Assembly: GCA_043812915.1 (NCBI GenBank)
Contig: JBDRLQ010000012.1
Location: 1-64,000, forward strand
Origin: Candidatus Micrarchaeota archaeon
Lineage (GTDB): Archaea; Micrarchaeota; Micrarchaeia; Anstonellales; Bilamarchaeaceae
DNA length: 64,000 bases
Direction: 5' to 3'
The notes below the pieces were generated by a model that saw only the letters and a program-made list of their open reading frames with translations, was not told the origin of the DNA and did no database searches. Each line of letters begins with the position of its first letter. The first letter of the stretch is position 1. Both the position numbers and the translations under genes were made by a program. This document shows positions 37,038 through 46,689 of this stretch, in pieces.

Positions 37038-38213
37038 ATGATAAAACTTGGGCTGGACCGGAAAAAACGTGATGTTTCTGTTAAGGAACCTGCTGACGTC
37101 ACATCCCTGCAGAACGGTTTTTACGGCCAGATGAAAAAGGGCATTATTTTCCTATCTCCAGAGGAAGCGCTGTATGTCATGGATATACGCAATGGCAAGT
37201 GCTATGACAAGGCGGGCAATTCATACTCCTTCAACGACCTTGCCCTGATATTCAGCCGGAACAGGAAGCTGCTGGCCAGGTACCTCACCTACAAGGACTG
37301 GAGGGACAAGGGGCTCATACTGAGGCCCGTCTCAGAGGCTGAAGGGAGTTATGGCAGGACAATCCTCAAGAAGTACACCAAGTCAGGTATGAAGCTGGGC
37401 AAGTTCACTTTCGAGGGCCTTTTCTTCAAGGGTGATCTTCTTACCATCGTAGACGACCAGATTGTCGGGAAGGAGCTCTATGAGCAGCACTGGCTGGGGC
37501 AGTTTGGGACATACAAATCCGCGCACCGGGGAAGGATTTCAAAGCTCGACGTATACGAGACAATCTTCCTGCTCAAGCACGCCGGACTCAGGCTCAGGAA
37601 CTCCACGCTTGCCGAAGTACAGAAGGAAGCGCGTAAAAGAATCAAGTTCTTCGATGATCTGTATGCCGTCTACGAGGACTGGCGCCTCAGGGGATATGTG
37701 GTCAAGACCGGCTTTAAGTTCGGGACTCATTTCAGGATATACTTCCCCGGAGCCTCTCCGGTGCGGCTGGAGAATGAATGGATGCACTCCAAACACGTAA
37801 TCCACGTGTTTTCGAGGAGGAACAAGCTCCTTATCTCGGAGTGGGCCAGGGCAATCAGGGTGGCGCACAGCGTGAAAAAGACCTTCATCCTGGCAATCCC
37901 CGGAAAGAAGTCCAAGATATCTGTCAATCTGAAGAAGCCGAGGCTGGATTTCCTCCTCTTTCACAGGAAAAGCGGCGGTATAGAGACCCCCAAGGACGGG
38001 GTGCCAAGGTTCCTGATGTTCTCCCTCAGCGAGGACGAGTATCTCGGCGGTGAGGAACTGGCGAAGGCCCTGGCTGAGTGCGACCACTTCGGCCTGGAGA
38101 TGATGATGGCCATCTCAGACCGGGAGAGCTCGGTGACCTACTATGTCATAAAGAGAATCGACCTTCCTGGCAGCGAATATGACTATTTCGAGATAGAATG
38201 GCTCCAGCCATAG
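37038..38213 (+). CDS. endA: tRNA splicing endonuclease, three-unit epsilon2 (ARMAN) type
   Basis: LSPEEALY, YKDWRDKG, GQFGTYK loop, KTGFKFGTHFRIY, HSKH, RVAHSVKK, DRESSVTYY; 391 aa. Confidence 0.93.
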   Translation: MIKLGLDRKKRDVSVKEPADVTSLQNGFYGQMKKGIIFLSPEEALYVMDIRNGKCYDKAGNSYSFNDLALIFSRNRKLLARYLTYKDWRDKGLILRPVSEAEGSYGRTILKKYTKSGMKLGKFTFEGLFFKGDLLTIVDDQIVGKELYEQHWLGQFGTYKSAHRGRISKLDVYETIFLLKHAGLRLRNSTLAEVQKEARKRIKFFDDLYAVYEDWRLRGYVVKTGFKFGTHFRIYFPGASPVRLENEWMHSKHVIHVFSRRNKLLISEWARAIRVAHSVKKTFILAIPGKKSKISVNLKKPRLDFLLFHRKSGGIETPKDGVPRFLMFSLSEDEYLGGEELAKALAECDHFGLEMMMAISDRESSVTYYVIKRIDLPGSEYDYFEIEWLQP

Positions 38214-38258
38214 CTTTTAATTGAGTTCGCAGCATCAGCTAGTGATAGGGTGTATTCG

Positions 38259-38870
38259 ATGAGGGCATTCGCATTTTTCATGTTTTTGGTACTTCTGTCA
38301 TCCGCAGCTTTCGCTGCAATCCTCACTTCAGGGGATGGCGGAGCGGAGTGGGCGCAGGTAACTGCCAGGGAGAAGTGCCAGGAAGAGAATGTAGGCGCTG
38401 TCTACCTATGCCTCGGGAATGTCGTGAGGGTCGTCTCCACGGTTCCTGGCGCAGGCAGCACCTTCTATGAGCCCGATGGCAATATCGCTCGCTGCCCGCT
38501 GGTCTCCCCGTCAGAGATGGGCGCAGAATGCGTTCAGATGACCATGCCCAACTACTGCCCAGATGAGGTGGTCTGCGGAGAAGCCGAGGAGCATGTCTTT
38601 CCTGGGCACAGCGACTATGAGGCGGTAATGGAGCCCGAGGAGGCTCCGGAGCCAACTCCCGAGCCCGAAGTGCCCGAGCCGGCCCTGATATCTTCCGATG
38701 AGCCCGAAGATGAGCCTGCGCCTCAGAAGGCTGATGAGCGGAAGACCACCAAGCCGGAGACTGTTACCGACGAGTCAATTTTCAGCAACCTGGCATTCAT
38801 GGTTCTGGTGCTCGGGGTGGTTGCGATACTGGTAATCTACTTCCTGTTCAGGAGAACCACAGGCAGATAA
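38259..38870 (+). CDS. hypothetical surface protein with Cys domain, PE-rich linker and C-terminal TM
   Basis: Signal AFA, 6 Cys, PEPTPEPE, TM followed by RR. Confidence 0.75.
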   Translation: MRAFAFFMFLVLLSSAAFAAILTSGDGGAEWAQVTAREKCQEENVGAVYLCLGNVVRVVSTVPGAGSTFYEPDGNIARCPLVSPSEMGAECVQMTMPNYCPDEVVCGEAEEHVFPGHSDYEAVMEPEEAPEPTPEPEVPEPALISSDEPEDEPAPQKADERKTTKPETVTDESIFSNLAFMVLVLGVVAILVIYFLFRRTTGR

Positions 38871-38950
38871 TTCTTTTTTTGTTCAGAATGAGTAGCGTGA
38901 GCAAAGGGAAAATAAAAAGAAAAAAAAAAGAAAGTTCAAGCGCTCTCTAT

Positions 38951-39403
38951 CTATGAGCACTTGCCTACAATCGGCTTAACACCAGCCTGTGTAATGCCGG
39001 CTATTCCGCCCTTGTTGTAGGTTATTACAACGTTTTCAAGCTGGAACGGGTCACCGGTTGTTCCGCATGGCGAAGCCGCGGTTGCGTTGATGACTGTGCT
39101 CTCACCGCTGTCGAAGACACTGCTGGTGGAGAATATCGAGGATCCTTCCACGCTGATGTCTGTAAGCGTAAGCTGGTCGATGTCATTGTTGACAATCTCA
39201 ATCATCACTTCCGTGCCGGCGTATCTGTACGTCTTCAGAGAGAAGGGCGAAGCACCTGCCCAGTAGTTCTTGCTCTGTGTCTCAATGGAGCCTGCTCCAA
39301 GACCAGAGAATCCCCCTACCAGGAATACCACTACGAGTGCTACTACTAGCACAACTGCCAGAATCACTAAGTATTCTGTCGAAACCTGTCCTTTTTTATT
39401 CAA
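38951..39403 (-). CDS. archaeal type IV pilin (class III signal peptide)
   Basis: KKG|QVSTEYLVILAVVLVVALVV; TTG start after a GGTGA SD. Confidence 0.9.
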   Translation of the reverse strand: MNKKGQVSTEYLVILAVVLVVALVVVFLVGGFSGLGAGSIETQSKNYWAGASPFSLKTYRYAGTEVMIEIVNNDIDQLTLTDISVEGSSIFSTSSVFDSGESTVINATAASPCGTTGDPFQLENVVITYNKGGIAGITQAGVKPIVGKCS

Positions 39404-39588
39404 TCATATCACCTTTTGGTCGATTTGGGTTTTGCTAACTCCTTTAATTTAACCTTTATGAATGCTCGTTATACCCTATTAAAGCTTGCCGTGTCTCCGG
39501 AGGTGGCATATTGCGATGCGAGGTTAGCTTGCGTCTGCCGGAATTCTAAACCGTTATAAAGCGCAAAGCCCATTTAATTTCGATTATT

Positions 39589-39900
39589 ATGCAACTTGGC
39601 AATTGGATTAAACTGGGTTTATTGGTTGGATTCCTTGTCGGCTTTTTAGCAATGCTAATCTTCTTTGTGGGGGGTCTTATGGGCGGTGACATAGGCGGGC
39701 TGGTTGTGCTCTTTTCATTCCTGATGTTTGGACTATCCGGGATTGGATGCTTTGTGGCCTGGGTTGCGGGCCTTGCCGAAGTGCTCACTTCAAAGCAGAG
39801 CGGCTTGAACAAGATTCTATGGGTAATCGGGATGTTCATCCTTGGTTCCCTGGGCACTCTCATATACTACTTTGCCGGAAGGAAAGAGCTGACAAACTAG
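39589..39900 (+). CDS. small membrane protein with PLDc_N-like C-terminus
   Basis: KILWVIGMFILGSLGTLIYYFAGRK. Confidence 0.78.
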   Translation: MQLGNWIKLGLLVGFLVGFLAMLIFFVGGLMGGDIGGLVVLFSFLMFGLSGIGCFVAWVAGLAEVLTSKQSGLNKILWVIGMFILGSLGTLIYYFAGRKELTN

Positions 39901-39931
39901 CCGTTCCATCTTTTCTTTTTTTGAGAATGAG

Positions 39932-40080
39932 CGGGCCCGGAGGGATCTTCAGCTCTGCTGGAGATTTTGGTCTCCAGGCCAAAGCATTTGAACCCTCGAC
40001 CTTCGCCTGTCTTCCGAGCCGGGGCCGATTCCCCGGGACGCTAGGAGAGCGTCACTCTGTCCAAGCTGAGCTACGGGCCC
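39932..40080 (-). tRNA. tRNA-Arg(CCT) with two introns (37/38: 40009-40041; 59/60: 39946-39986)
   Basis: GGGCCCG/CGGGCCC acceptor, CT-CCT-A. The T-loop intron has a perfect BHB, TTCA-AA|T...TGAA-GA|T. Mature length 75 nt. Confidence 0.85.
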
Positions 40081-40140
40081 ATAATAATGCTAAGAGTTGT
40101 TCCCTTCGTTTTATATCCTTTTCTACGGCTATTCCAAATC

Positions 40141-40914
40141 ATGATTCCTGAGCTCTCTTCTCTTATCCGCTCTTCAATCGCGGAGACCCTCGAGGACCGG
40201 ATAGCGGTAGCCTTTTCCGGGGGCGTGGACTCCACCGTGATAGCCCAGGTCGCCAAGCGGGACGCTGAAGTGGAGCTGTTCTCCGCGGGCATGGAAGGCT
40301 GCCCGGACCTGGAGTTCTCAGAGAAGGCTGCAGGCCTTATGGGGCTTCCACTTGAGAGAATCCTCATGGAGAAGGAAGACATCCTGGAGGCCTTTGAAAA
40401 ATGCTATTCTGTTGCGCCCAACGAATTGCTGAAAGTGGAGATTCTGGTTCCAGTGTGGGCGGCTGCGAAGAGGGCTGCAGATAAAGGCCACAGCGTCCTT
40501 TTTTTTGGGGCGGCCGCAGAAGAGCTGTTTGTTGGATATGAGCGCTATTTCGTCTTCCGAGATGATGGGGGCGATTTGGAAAAACTGCTAAAAGACGAAT
40601 TCAAGGGTCTTGCCCAGAGGGAAATATCCTGGATTTCCAAAATCTGCAGGAAGCACGGGCTGGAGGCCAGGTTCCCGCTCTACAACCGGAAGCTGGCTGA
40701 TTTCATGCACTCAATCCCGCTTGATGAGCGCATGGGCGGCCGTGAACTCAAGAAGCCCATTCTCAGGGAAGCTGCCAAGATGCTTGGGGTCCCGGACATT
40801 GTCCTTAAAAGAAGAAAGCAGGCGATGCAGTACGGATCAGGCATACATAAGGTAATCATGAAGAACGCGGACGAGCTGAACCGGAAGTTTCCAGCCCCCC
40901 AAAAAGGAATATAA
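40141..40914 (+). CDS. asparagine synthase C-terminal domain-like ATP pyrophosphatase
   Basis: AFSGGVDS, EELFVGY, ARFP, KPILR, RRKQAMQYGSG; no glutaminase domain. Confidence 0.88.
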   Translation: MIPELSSLIRSSIAETLEDRIAVAFSGGVDSTVIAQVAKRDAEVELFSAGMEGCPDLEFSEKAAGLMGLPLERILMEKEDILEAFEKCYSVAPNELLKVEILVPVWAAAKRAADKGHSVLFFGAAAEELFVGYERYFVFRDDGGDLEKLLKDEFKGLAQREISWISKICRKHGLEARFPLYNRKLADFMHSIPLDERMGGRELKKPILREAAKMLGVPDIVLKRRKQAMQYGSGIHKVIMKNADELNRKFPAPQKGI

Positions 40915-40937
40915 AGCTCTCCTGCGCCGCTCCTTCC

Positions 40938-41513
40938 ATGGAGGAGCCAAAGCAAGCGGAAGTGAAGACAGTGTCCGACGCGCTCAGGTCGATTCAGATA
41001 GCGCTGGACAACTACGATGATATATTTTCCGATTTCGACCCGTCTCCCTATCAGAGGAGGCTCCTCTCGGATGACTTCCTTAAAGAGCTTTACAGGCGCT
41101 ATGCGATGACCCGGAAGGAGGAATTCATCGTCAACTTTACCCTGCCAAAAAAGGAGCGCTCAGAGAAGACCGAGGAGCTGATACGGAAGCGGCTGAAGGA
41201 CCATTTCCGCGGGCGCCTGCGCAAGGCCGACAAGAAGGCAAAAGAACTGAGGAAGAACGGGCTTTTGCGCCTTCTGGCGGGCTTTGCGATTTCGACACTT
41301 ATGCTGGTCTTTTCCGGACCCGAGCTGCTGCCCTTTATTACCATGGTCTCCGTTCTTGCCTGGTACCTTCTCTGGTCCGGGTACGAAAACTTCTTCGAGG
41401 CTGCCGGAAAAACGAGCGTCAGGAAGGCGTATTACGAGCGCTTCCTGGGGGCGAAGTACAATTTCTCGGATGAGGAGGATGTTCTTAGGCAGGCAAGGGT
41501 AGCGCACACCTAG
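40938..41513 (+). CDS. conserved hypothetical membrane protein
   Basis: IALDNYDDIFSDFDPSPYQRRLLSDDF followed by two TM helices. Confidence 0.78.
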   Translation: MEEPKQAEVKTVSDALRSIQIALDNYDDIFSDFDPSPYQRRLLSDDFLKELYRRYAMTRKEEFIVNFTLPKKERSEKTEELIRKRLKDHFRGRLRKADKKAKELRKNGLLRLLAGFAISTLMLVFSGPELLPFITMVSVLAWYLLWSGYENFFEAAGKTSVRKAYYERFLGAKYNFSDEEDVLRQARVAHT

Positions 41514-42355
41514 CCCTTCTGCTTCCTTTCGGCCGCCTTTACTACGTTGCTAATTAGCATCGCGACGGTCATCGGGCCCACTCCTCCTGGGACCGGGCTG
41601 CAGTGGGCCTTCTTTATCACTTCTTCAAATACCACGTCTCCGACGACAGCATGCCCGACTTTGGTAGTGCCCACGTCAATGACGTAAGCACCCTTCTTGA
41701 CCATGTTGCCCCTTATCATCCCGGGCACCCCTGCCGCGGCGATTACTATATCGGCTTCTTTGGTGTGCTTCCCGATATCAGGGGTTTTCGAGTGACAAAT
41801 GGTAACCGTCGCGTTCTTCGCAAGGAGAAGCATGGCCATCGGCTTCCCGACAACATTGCTGCGTCCGATGACTACTGCGTGCTTTCCTTCCATCTGGATG
41901 CTGTAGTACTCGAGCATGCGCATAACACCTGCAGGAGTTGCCGGATAGAAAATATCATCCCTTTTTGCATCCAGGAAAAGCCCCCCAAGGCTCTTAGATG
42001 TCCATCCGTCGACATCCTTTTCAGTGCTTATCGCCTCGATGACCTTGTTCCCGTCAATCTGCCGTGGCAGGGGCGACTGCACTATGAATCCGTCCAGCTC
42101 AGTGTCATTGTTCAATTTGTCGACAAGGCTCAGCAGCTCTTCTTCCTTGGCATTCTCCGGGAGCTTGTGAAGCCGCGTATCCACCCCTGCGCTTGCCGCC
42201 TTCTTTACCTTCATGCTGACGTAAACCTGGGAGGCGGGGTCGTTTCCGACCAGCACAATGCCAAGGGTCGGCTTCCGATCCAGTTTCTCGACCCTCCTCT
42301 TTATGCTGATGAGGAGCGCATCAGAGACTTCTCTTCCGGAAAGGGTTTTGTACAT
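41510..42355 (-). CDS. folD: methylene-THF dehydrogenase/cyclohydrolase
   Basis: ASQVYVSMK, VQSPLP, EKDVDG, PATPAG, GRSNVVGKP, PVPGGVGPMT. Confidence 0.97.
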   Translation of the reverse strand: MYKTLSGREVSDALLISIKRRVEKLDRKPTLGIVLVGNDPASQVYVSMKVKKAASAGVDTRLHKLPENAKEEELLSLVDKLNNDTELDGFIVQSPLPRQIDGNKVIEAISTEKDVDGWTSKSLGGLFLDAKRDDIFYPATPAGVMRMLEYYSIQMEGKHAVVIGRSNVVGKPMAMLLLAKNATVTICHSKTPDIGKHTKEADIVIAAAGVPGMIRGNMVKKGAYVIDVGTTKVGHAVVGDVVFEEVIKKAHCSPVPGGVGPMTVAMLISNVVKAAERKQKG

Positions 42356-42413
42356 GATAATATTAGGCCGGAGAAGGGTTTTAAAACGGTTTATCAGTAA
42401 TTCCCTCTACTAT

Positions 42414-42549
42414 GGGCCTGTAGCTCAGCCTGGTTAGAGCGACGGTCTTATATGACACGTTCTAATACAACTCATATTAGACAGTCTGAGTTAGCCGTAG
42501 AGGGGAATTCTCCCCGCGGAAGTCCCGAGTTCAAATCTCGGCAGGCCCA
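42414..42549 (+). tRNA. tRNA-Ile(TAT) with two introns (37/38: 42453-42492; 45/46: 42501-42521)
   Basis: GGGCCTG/CAGGCCC acceptor, CT-TAT-A. BHB helices are CTTA/TGAG and CCGT/GCGG. Mature length 75 nt. Confidence 0.9.
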
Positions 42550-42616
42550 ATCCTTTTTTTCTGTAAGTGCAGCTCTTTTCCGAAATATCTTTAATGTCTG
42601 GACTCCTAATCCTATC

Positions 42617-42901
42617 ATGTCAATTCGGAATTTTGTGTTGTTCGGCTTGGCTCTCGGGCTTCTGGTATCTTTCGGATGCCTCGGGCCTTCAGGAGAAACT
42701 ACTCCGCCTGAGGATGATGTGGATACGTCCAATGCTGTAACTGAAGGTATGTGCAAGCAATATGGGGGCAACTGGGACTCGGACCGCTGCCAATGCGGCG
42801 GGATCGCGGGATTTTCCTGCCCGCCAGCCTGGGTGTGCACAGACCTGCAGCCTGGAGGGGCTGCCGACGCCATGGGAACCTGCAAGAGAGTGAGCCAGTA
42901 A
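42617..42901 (+). CDS. small Cys-rich lipoprotein
   Basis: VSFGC lipobox; CKQYGGNW, CGGIAGFSCP...ADAMGTC. Confidence 0.8.
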   Translation: MSIRNFVLFGLALGLLVSFGCLGPSGETTPPEDDVDTSNAVTEGMCKQYGGNWDSDRCQCGGIAGFSCPPAWVCTDLQPGGAADAMGTCKRVSQ

Positions 42902-42910
42902 GGGCTTTTT

Positions 42911-45133
42911 TTAGCGCCCTATCCTTTTTCTTATTTTTCCGGCTATCTCCCCTGCTTTTGCGGACATCTTCTCATTCGCGACAATCAAGCCCGGCAAGAC
43001 AATCATCGAGAAGAAGAATGCCAGCATAATTCCGTAGGCAAGCGATACCCCCAAGTCTCTTAGGAAGCTGAGCTGGGCAATCCTCATGGAAAGGAAGCCT
43101 AGGATGGTCGTCAGTGAAGTGAGGAACAGCAGCTTGGCAAGGTGGTCCAGGGAACCTGCGACCGCCTGCGCATAGCCCACCCCCATGTTCAGCAGCTTCT
43201 TTATCTCCGAGCCGGTGTGGATTGAGAAATCGATTCCAATCCCGATAATTATCCCGAATATGGAGGATGTTATTTGTGAGAATGGCACTCCGCTCCAGCC
43301 GTTCAGTCCCATGGTGCACATTAGCGCAAGAGCGATGGGAATGAGCATCAGAGTGCCTGTCACGATGGAGCGGAAATACAGCGTGAGCACAACGAAAATC
43401 AGCGCGAAGGAGAATAGCGTCACCGCTCCGGAGCCCGCCTGAGATGTTGACCTCTCCCCGACATTATAGGCGATTCTCCCTGCGAAATACGTCTCGTACT
43501 TCTCAGGGAACTCCCCCTCAATTGCCGGAAGCAGCTGCCCGATAAGGATGTCCTCATCAATAGATGCCTGGCCGGAATATCCGAGATTGATCCTCATCAT
43601 AGTAAGGTCATTCCCCACTCCAGGGTGTTCAATCCTTGCCCTGCTCTCAGGTATCTGCCCGTCGTTCATAGCCTTGATTGCATCAACCGGCGAATCGACC
43701 GATTCCACATATTCAAGTGTCATGAGCCTTTTCTCAAAGGCATCTACCTCCCTGAGCACATCATACTCAAGAACGTCATCTGCCTGCACGATTATGCTCA
43801 TGCTGTTTGAGGAACCCGGGAAAGCATCTCCCTGCTCAACCAAATCAATCATGATAGGATTATCGGAAGGGATGAAATCAGAATAGCTCATCTTAGTCTT
43901 TAACATCATCATCCCAGACGCCACGATAATCACGAACAGAAGCGCGAGCGCAAGGAACTTTCCAGTGTGGTTGCCGATGTACTCGCTGATGTCAAATAGC
44001 CTCTCATGGAGTTCTCCGGAGAGCTTCGATGGTTCTCTCTCTTCCCGTTCCTCCTCTTTGAATGGGGCATCTCCAAGCCCGAACATGAAGAACAGTATCG
44101 GTGTGAGCGTGATGTTATAGAAGAAAACGAACAGGATTCCGAGGCAAGTCGCAATCGCAAGGTCTTCCATGACCGCAGAGCCAGCGAAGAAGAGCGAGAA
44201 GAATCCGATGAACGTTGTGAAGAAGGACATCGATAACGGCGGGCCGATGTTCAGGAGGGTGTTTGTGACAATCTCCCTGCGGCTGCCCGAGCCCCTGATG
44301 AATCCGTTCTGAAGATGCAGGGTGTAATCGACTCCTATTCCTATTGTCAGTGCTGCTATTAGTGCAGTTGCTATGTTGAGCGGGACTCCCATAAGGTTCA
44401 TCGCGCCGAAAATGGACGAGAGGATGCAGCAAATCATGAATATGTTTATGATTGTCATCTGGTTGCTTCCGTAGAAAAGCCGGATGCACAATGCTATTAT
44501 CAGCAGGCTCGCGATACCAGTGCTAATCAGGTCCTGGAAGAGCAGCCTGGAAACTTCGGAGAAAATGACCGGGCTTCCGCCAGCGGTCGTTTTTATACCG
44601 CTGGGTGTTTTGGTGTTCTCAATCACCTCCTCAATCTGCCTGGTCCTTTCCCCAAGGATTATGTCCTCGTCGCCAATGTTCGCGTAAACGAGCATAAGGG
44701 CGCTGCTCCCCTCAGGGTTAATCAGGTACGGGTTATCTGCCGGTGTGGCCACCATGTCCACGAATCCCTTGTCGGCAAACTTCTCAGCCATTGTTGCGAT
44801 ATACTCGGCCACCTGCGGGTCACGGACGCTATCTACCCTGTCGATTTCAGTTGAGCCCTTGTCCACGCGGATGAAAATGGTCATGGCATCCGCCGAGTTG
44901 AAATTGGCGTCCACCAGGTTGTTGCGCAGTATGATAGGGTCGTTCTCATAGAAGAATGATTTCTGCGATGAGTCCACCTGGAGGTTTATGGCGTGGTATG
45001 CCATGAATGTGATGAATATCATGAAGATCAGGAGGAGCGGCCAGCGCTCGTTCTCGAGGAACGCGGAATACTTTGGAACAACCACGTCCAGTTTTTCCCC
45101 TACTCCATCTGATAACCTGTCTAGTGCGCCCAT
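42911..45133 (-). CDS. RND/MMPL family transporter
   Basis: Two repeats with IGIGVDYTLH and IGIGIDFSIH; TTFIGF and TTILGF. Confidence 0.93.
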   Translation of the reverse strand: MGALDRLSDGVGEKLDVVVPKYSAFLENERWPLLLIFMIFITFMAYHAINLQVDSSQKSFFYENDPIILRNNLVDANFNSADAMTIFIRVDKGSTEIDRVDSVRDPQVAEYIATMAEKFADKGFVDMVATPADNPYLINPEGSSALMLVYANIGDEDIILGERTRQIEEVIENTKTPSGIKTTAGGSPVIFSEVSRLLFQDLISTGIASLLIIALCIRLFYGSNQMTIINIFMICCILSSIFGAMNLMGVPLNIATALIAALTIGIGVDYTLHLQNGFIRGSGSRREIVTNTLLNIGPPLSMSFFTTFIGFFSLFFAGSAVMEDLAIATCLGILFVFFYNITLTPILFFMFGLGDAPFKEEEREEREPSKLSGELHERLFDISEYIGNHTGKFLALALLFVIIVASGMMMLKTKMSYSDFIPSDNPIMIDLVEQGDAFPGSSNSMSIIVQADDVLEYDVLREVDAFEKRLMTLEYVESVDSPVDAIKAMNDGQIPESRARIEHPGVGNDLTMMRINLGYSGQASIDEDILIGQLLPAIEGEFPEKYETYFAGRIAYNVGERSTSQAGSGAVTLFSFALIFVVLTLYFRSIVTGTLMLIPIALALMCTMGLNGWSGVPFSQITSSIFGIIIGIGIDFSIHTGSEIKKLLNMGVGYAQAVAGSLDHLAKLLFLTSLTTILGFLSMRIAQLSFLRDLGVSLAYGIMLAFFFSMIVLPGLIVANEKMSAKAGEIAGKIRKRIGR

Positions 45134-45140
45134 GCCCGCA

Positions 45141-46634
45141 TCAGCCTTGTTTTTTGGGGATGAAGAAATATTTGCCCACCAGGAAGAAGAGCAGTATGAT
45201 GAATCCTCCAATCAGCGCGAAGGGCAGTATGTTCTCCTCTCTCCCCTTGCTCTGCACGTAAATCTCCTCCTCCTGCGTCACAGGTTCCTGGTTGTATACG
45301 CACCTTATCCTTACCGGGATTCCGTATTCCTTGGTAGTTGCAAGCTCGTTGAATGTGAGCTGCAGCCTGAACTCCTTGGTTTCATCTTCCCCGAGCTTGG
45401 CCGCTTTGTCAGAGTTCTGCCTCCAGCTTATCGGCAGGTTCTTTGTAAGCCCGGTAATCTCAACGCTGTCACACTCGTCACCGATATTGGTGACCGAGAA
45501 GCTGACATAATCATTCTCATCCTTTTCAGTGCTCGTCTGGTTCACGATGAAGTAAGGCAGCTTCTGCACGCTAACCTCAATCGGAAGGCTTTTGCTCTTC
45601 TCATCGCCCAGGTGGTAGTATGTCAGTTCGATTAGGGCATCATATATGCCCGACTCCACCGAATCATCGATGTCAAGCTTGAAGAGCGCCCCTTTCCTCT
45701 CCTTCGGGTCAATAGTCCCTAGGAAATCGGACTCAGAGCCGAAGAATGTGGGCGTGAACCCCTCATTGTCAATGACGAAAGATGCCTGCAGGTTCTCAAT
45801 CCGGTCATTTCCCATGTTCGCAATTTCAACGTTGATGAGGTTGTTTTTCGTGTCCCTTCTCAGGGTCTGGGGGGTGCTGGTCAACTTGCCAAGAGCTACT
45901 TTTTCCGGGAATTCCAGCTTGAGCGCGAGGCGCGTTTCTGTCGAATATCCATTGCTGCTGGCGTCATTGGCAGTAGTCGTTACATCTATCTGGTAAATCT
46001 GGGATGTCGCGCTGTCATCGAACACAAGCGTAATGGGGATGTCCGTCTTCTCCCTGAGCAATGGAATTATTTTCAGGTTGTCGTCATTGGCAATCATCAT
46101 CGGAAGCCCTGAGAGCCCGAAGTCGAGGTGCACATTGTAGAATTCCTCGGAGGGCGTGAGCGTGAGGTTGAATTCCATCTCGTCATCTGCGACCATCTGC
46201 GGGTCGGTCATGGTTATGTCTATGTACTTCTTCTCAAGGGTTCCTGTAATGAAAACGGTTTTCACTGTGGAGGCATCATCTTCCCGGATTCCGAGCTTGA
46301 GCGGATTATCCGCTAGCACAAGCTCTTTTGCATAAACCCTGATTTCATGGTTCACCGACTCCCCAGGCTCAATCCGGAGGTCGCGGTAATCTACAATCCC
46401 CCCGATGTGCGAGAATATGCTCGAGCTCACAATCGAGAATGAGATCGTATGTGTCTGGGTTCCGCTGTTGGAGAAAACCAGATACGCGGTGAATTCGGTA
46501 TCATCCACAATAACCGATGGATTGGTCTGCACCAGTTCCACCTGAATGTCCCTGTTCAGTTCTGCCTCGGATACAGCGAATGCCGCTGTGGCAAGCATCA
46601 CTAGTACTGACAGTATCAAAAATATCCTTTTCAT
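45141..46634 (-). CDS. COG1361-like S-layer domain protein
   Basis: Signal peptide, Ig-like repeats (N-x-G, FLGTIDP), C-terminal TM; upstream of the RND gene. Confidence 0.82.
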   Translation of the reverse strand: MKRIFLILSVLVMLATAAFAVSEAELNRDIQVELVQTNPSVIVDDTEFTAYLVFSNSGTQTHTISFSIVSSSIFSHIGGIVDYRDLRIEPGESVNHEIRVYAKELVLADNPLKLGIREDDASTVKTVFITGTLEKKYIDITMTDPQMVADDEMEFNLTLTPSEEFYNVHLDFGLSGLPMMIANDDNLKIIPLLREKTDIPITLVFDDSATSQIYQIDVTTTANDASSNGYSTETRLALKLEFPEKVALGKLTSTPQTLRRDTKNNLINVEIANMGNDRIENLQASFVIDNEGFTPTFFGSESDFLGTIDPKERKGALFKLDIDDSVESGIYDALIELTYYHLGDEKSKSLPIEVSVQKLPYFIVNQTSTEKDENDYVSFSVTNIGDECDSVEITGLTKNLPISWRQNSDKAAKLGEDETKEFRLQLTFNELATTKEYGIPVRIRCVYNQEPVTQEEEIYVQSKGREENILPFALIGGFIILLFFLVGKYFFIPKKQG

Positions 46635-46689
46635 ACAGTGCACCTTGGATATGTATGAATAAGGATATATTAAAAAAAGCACCTATAGG

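Noticed and set aside
39480..39545. Two GC hairpins between the pilin and membrane protein genes
   Set aside because: Short and imperfect, with no recognisable RNA family.
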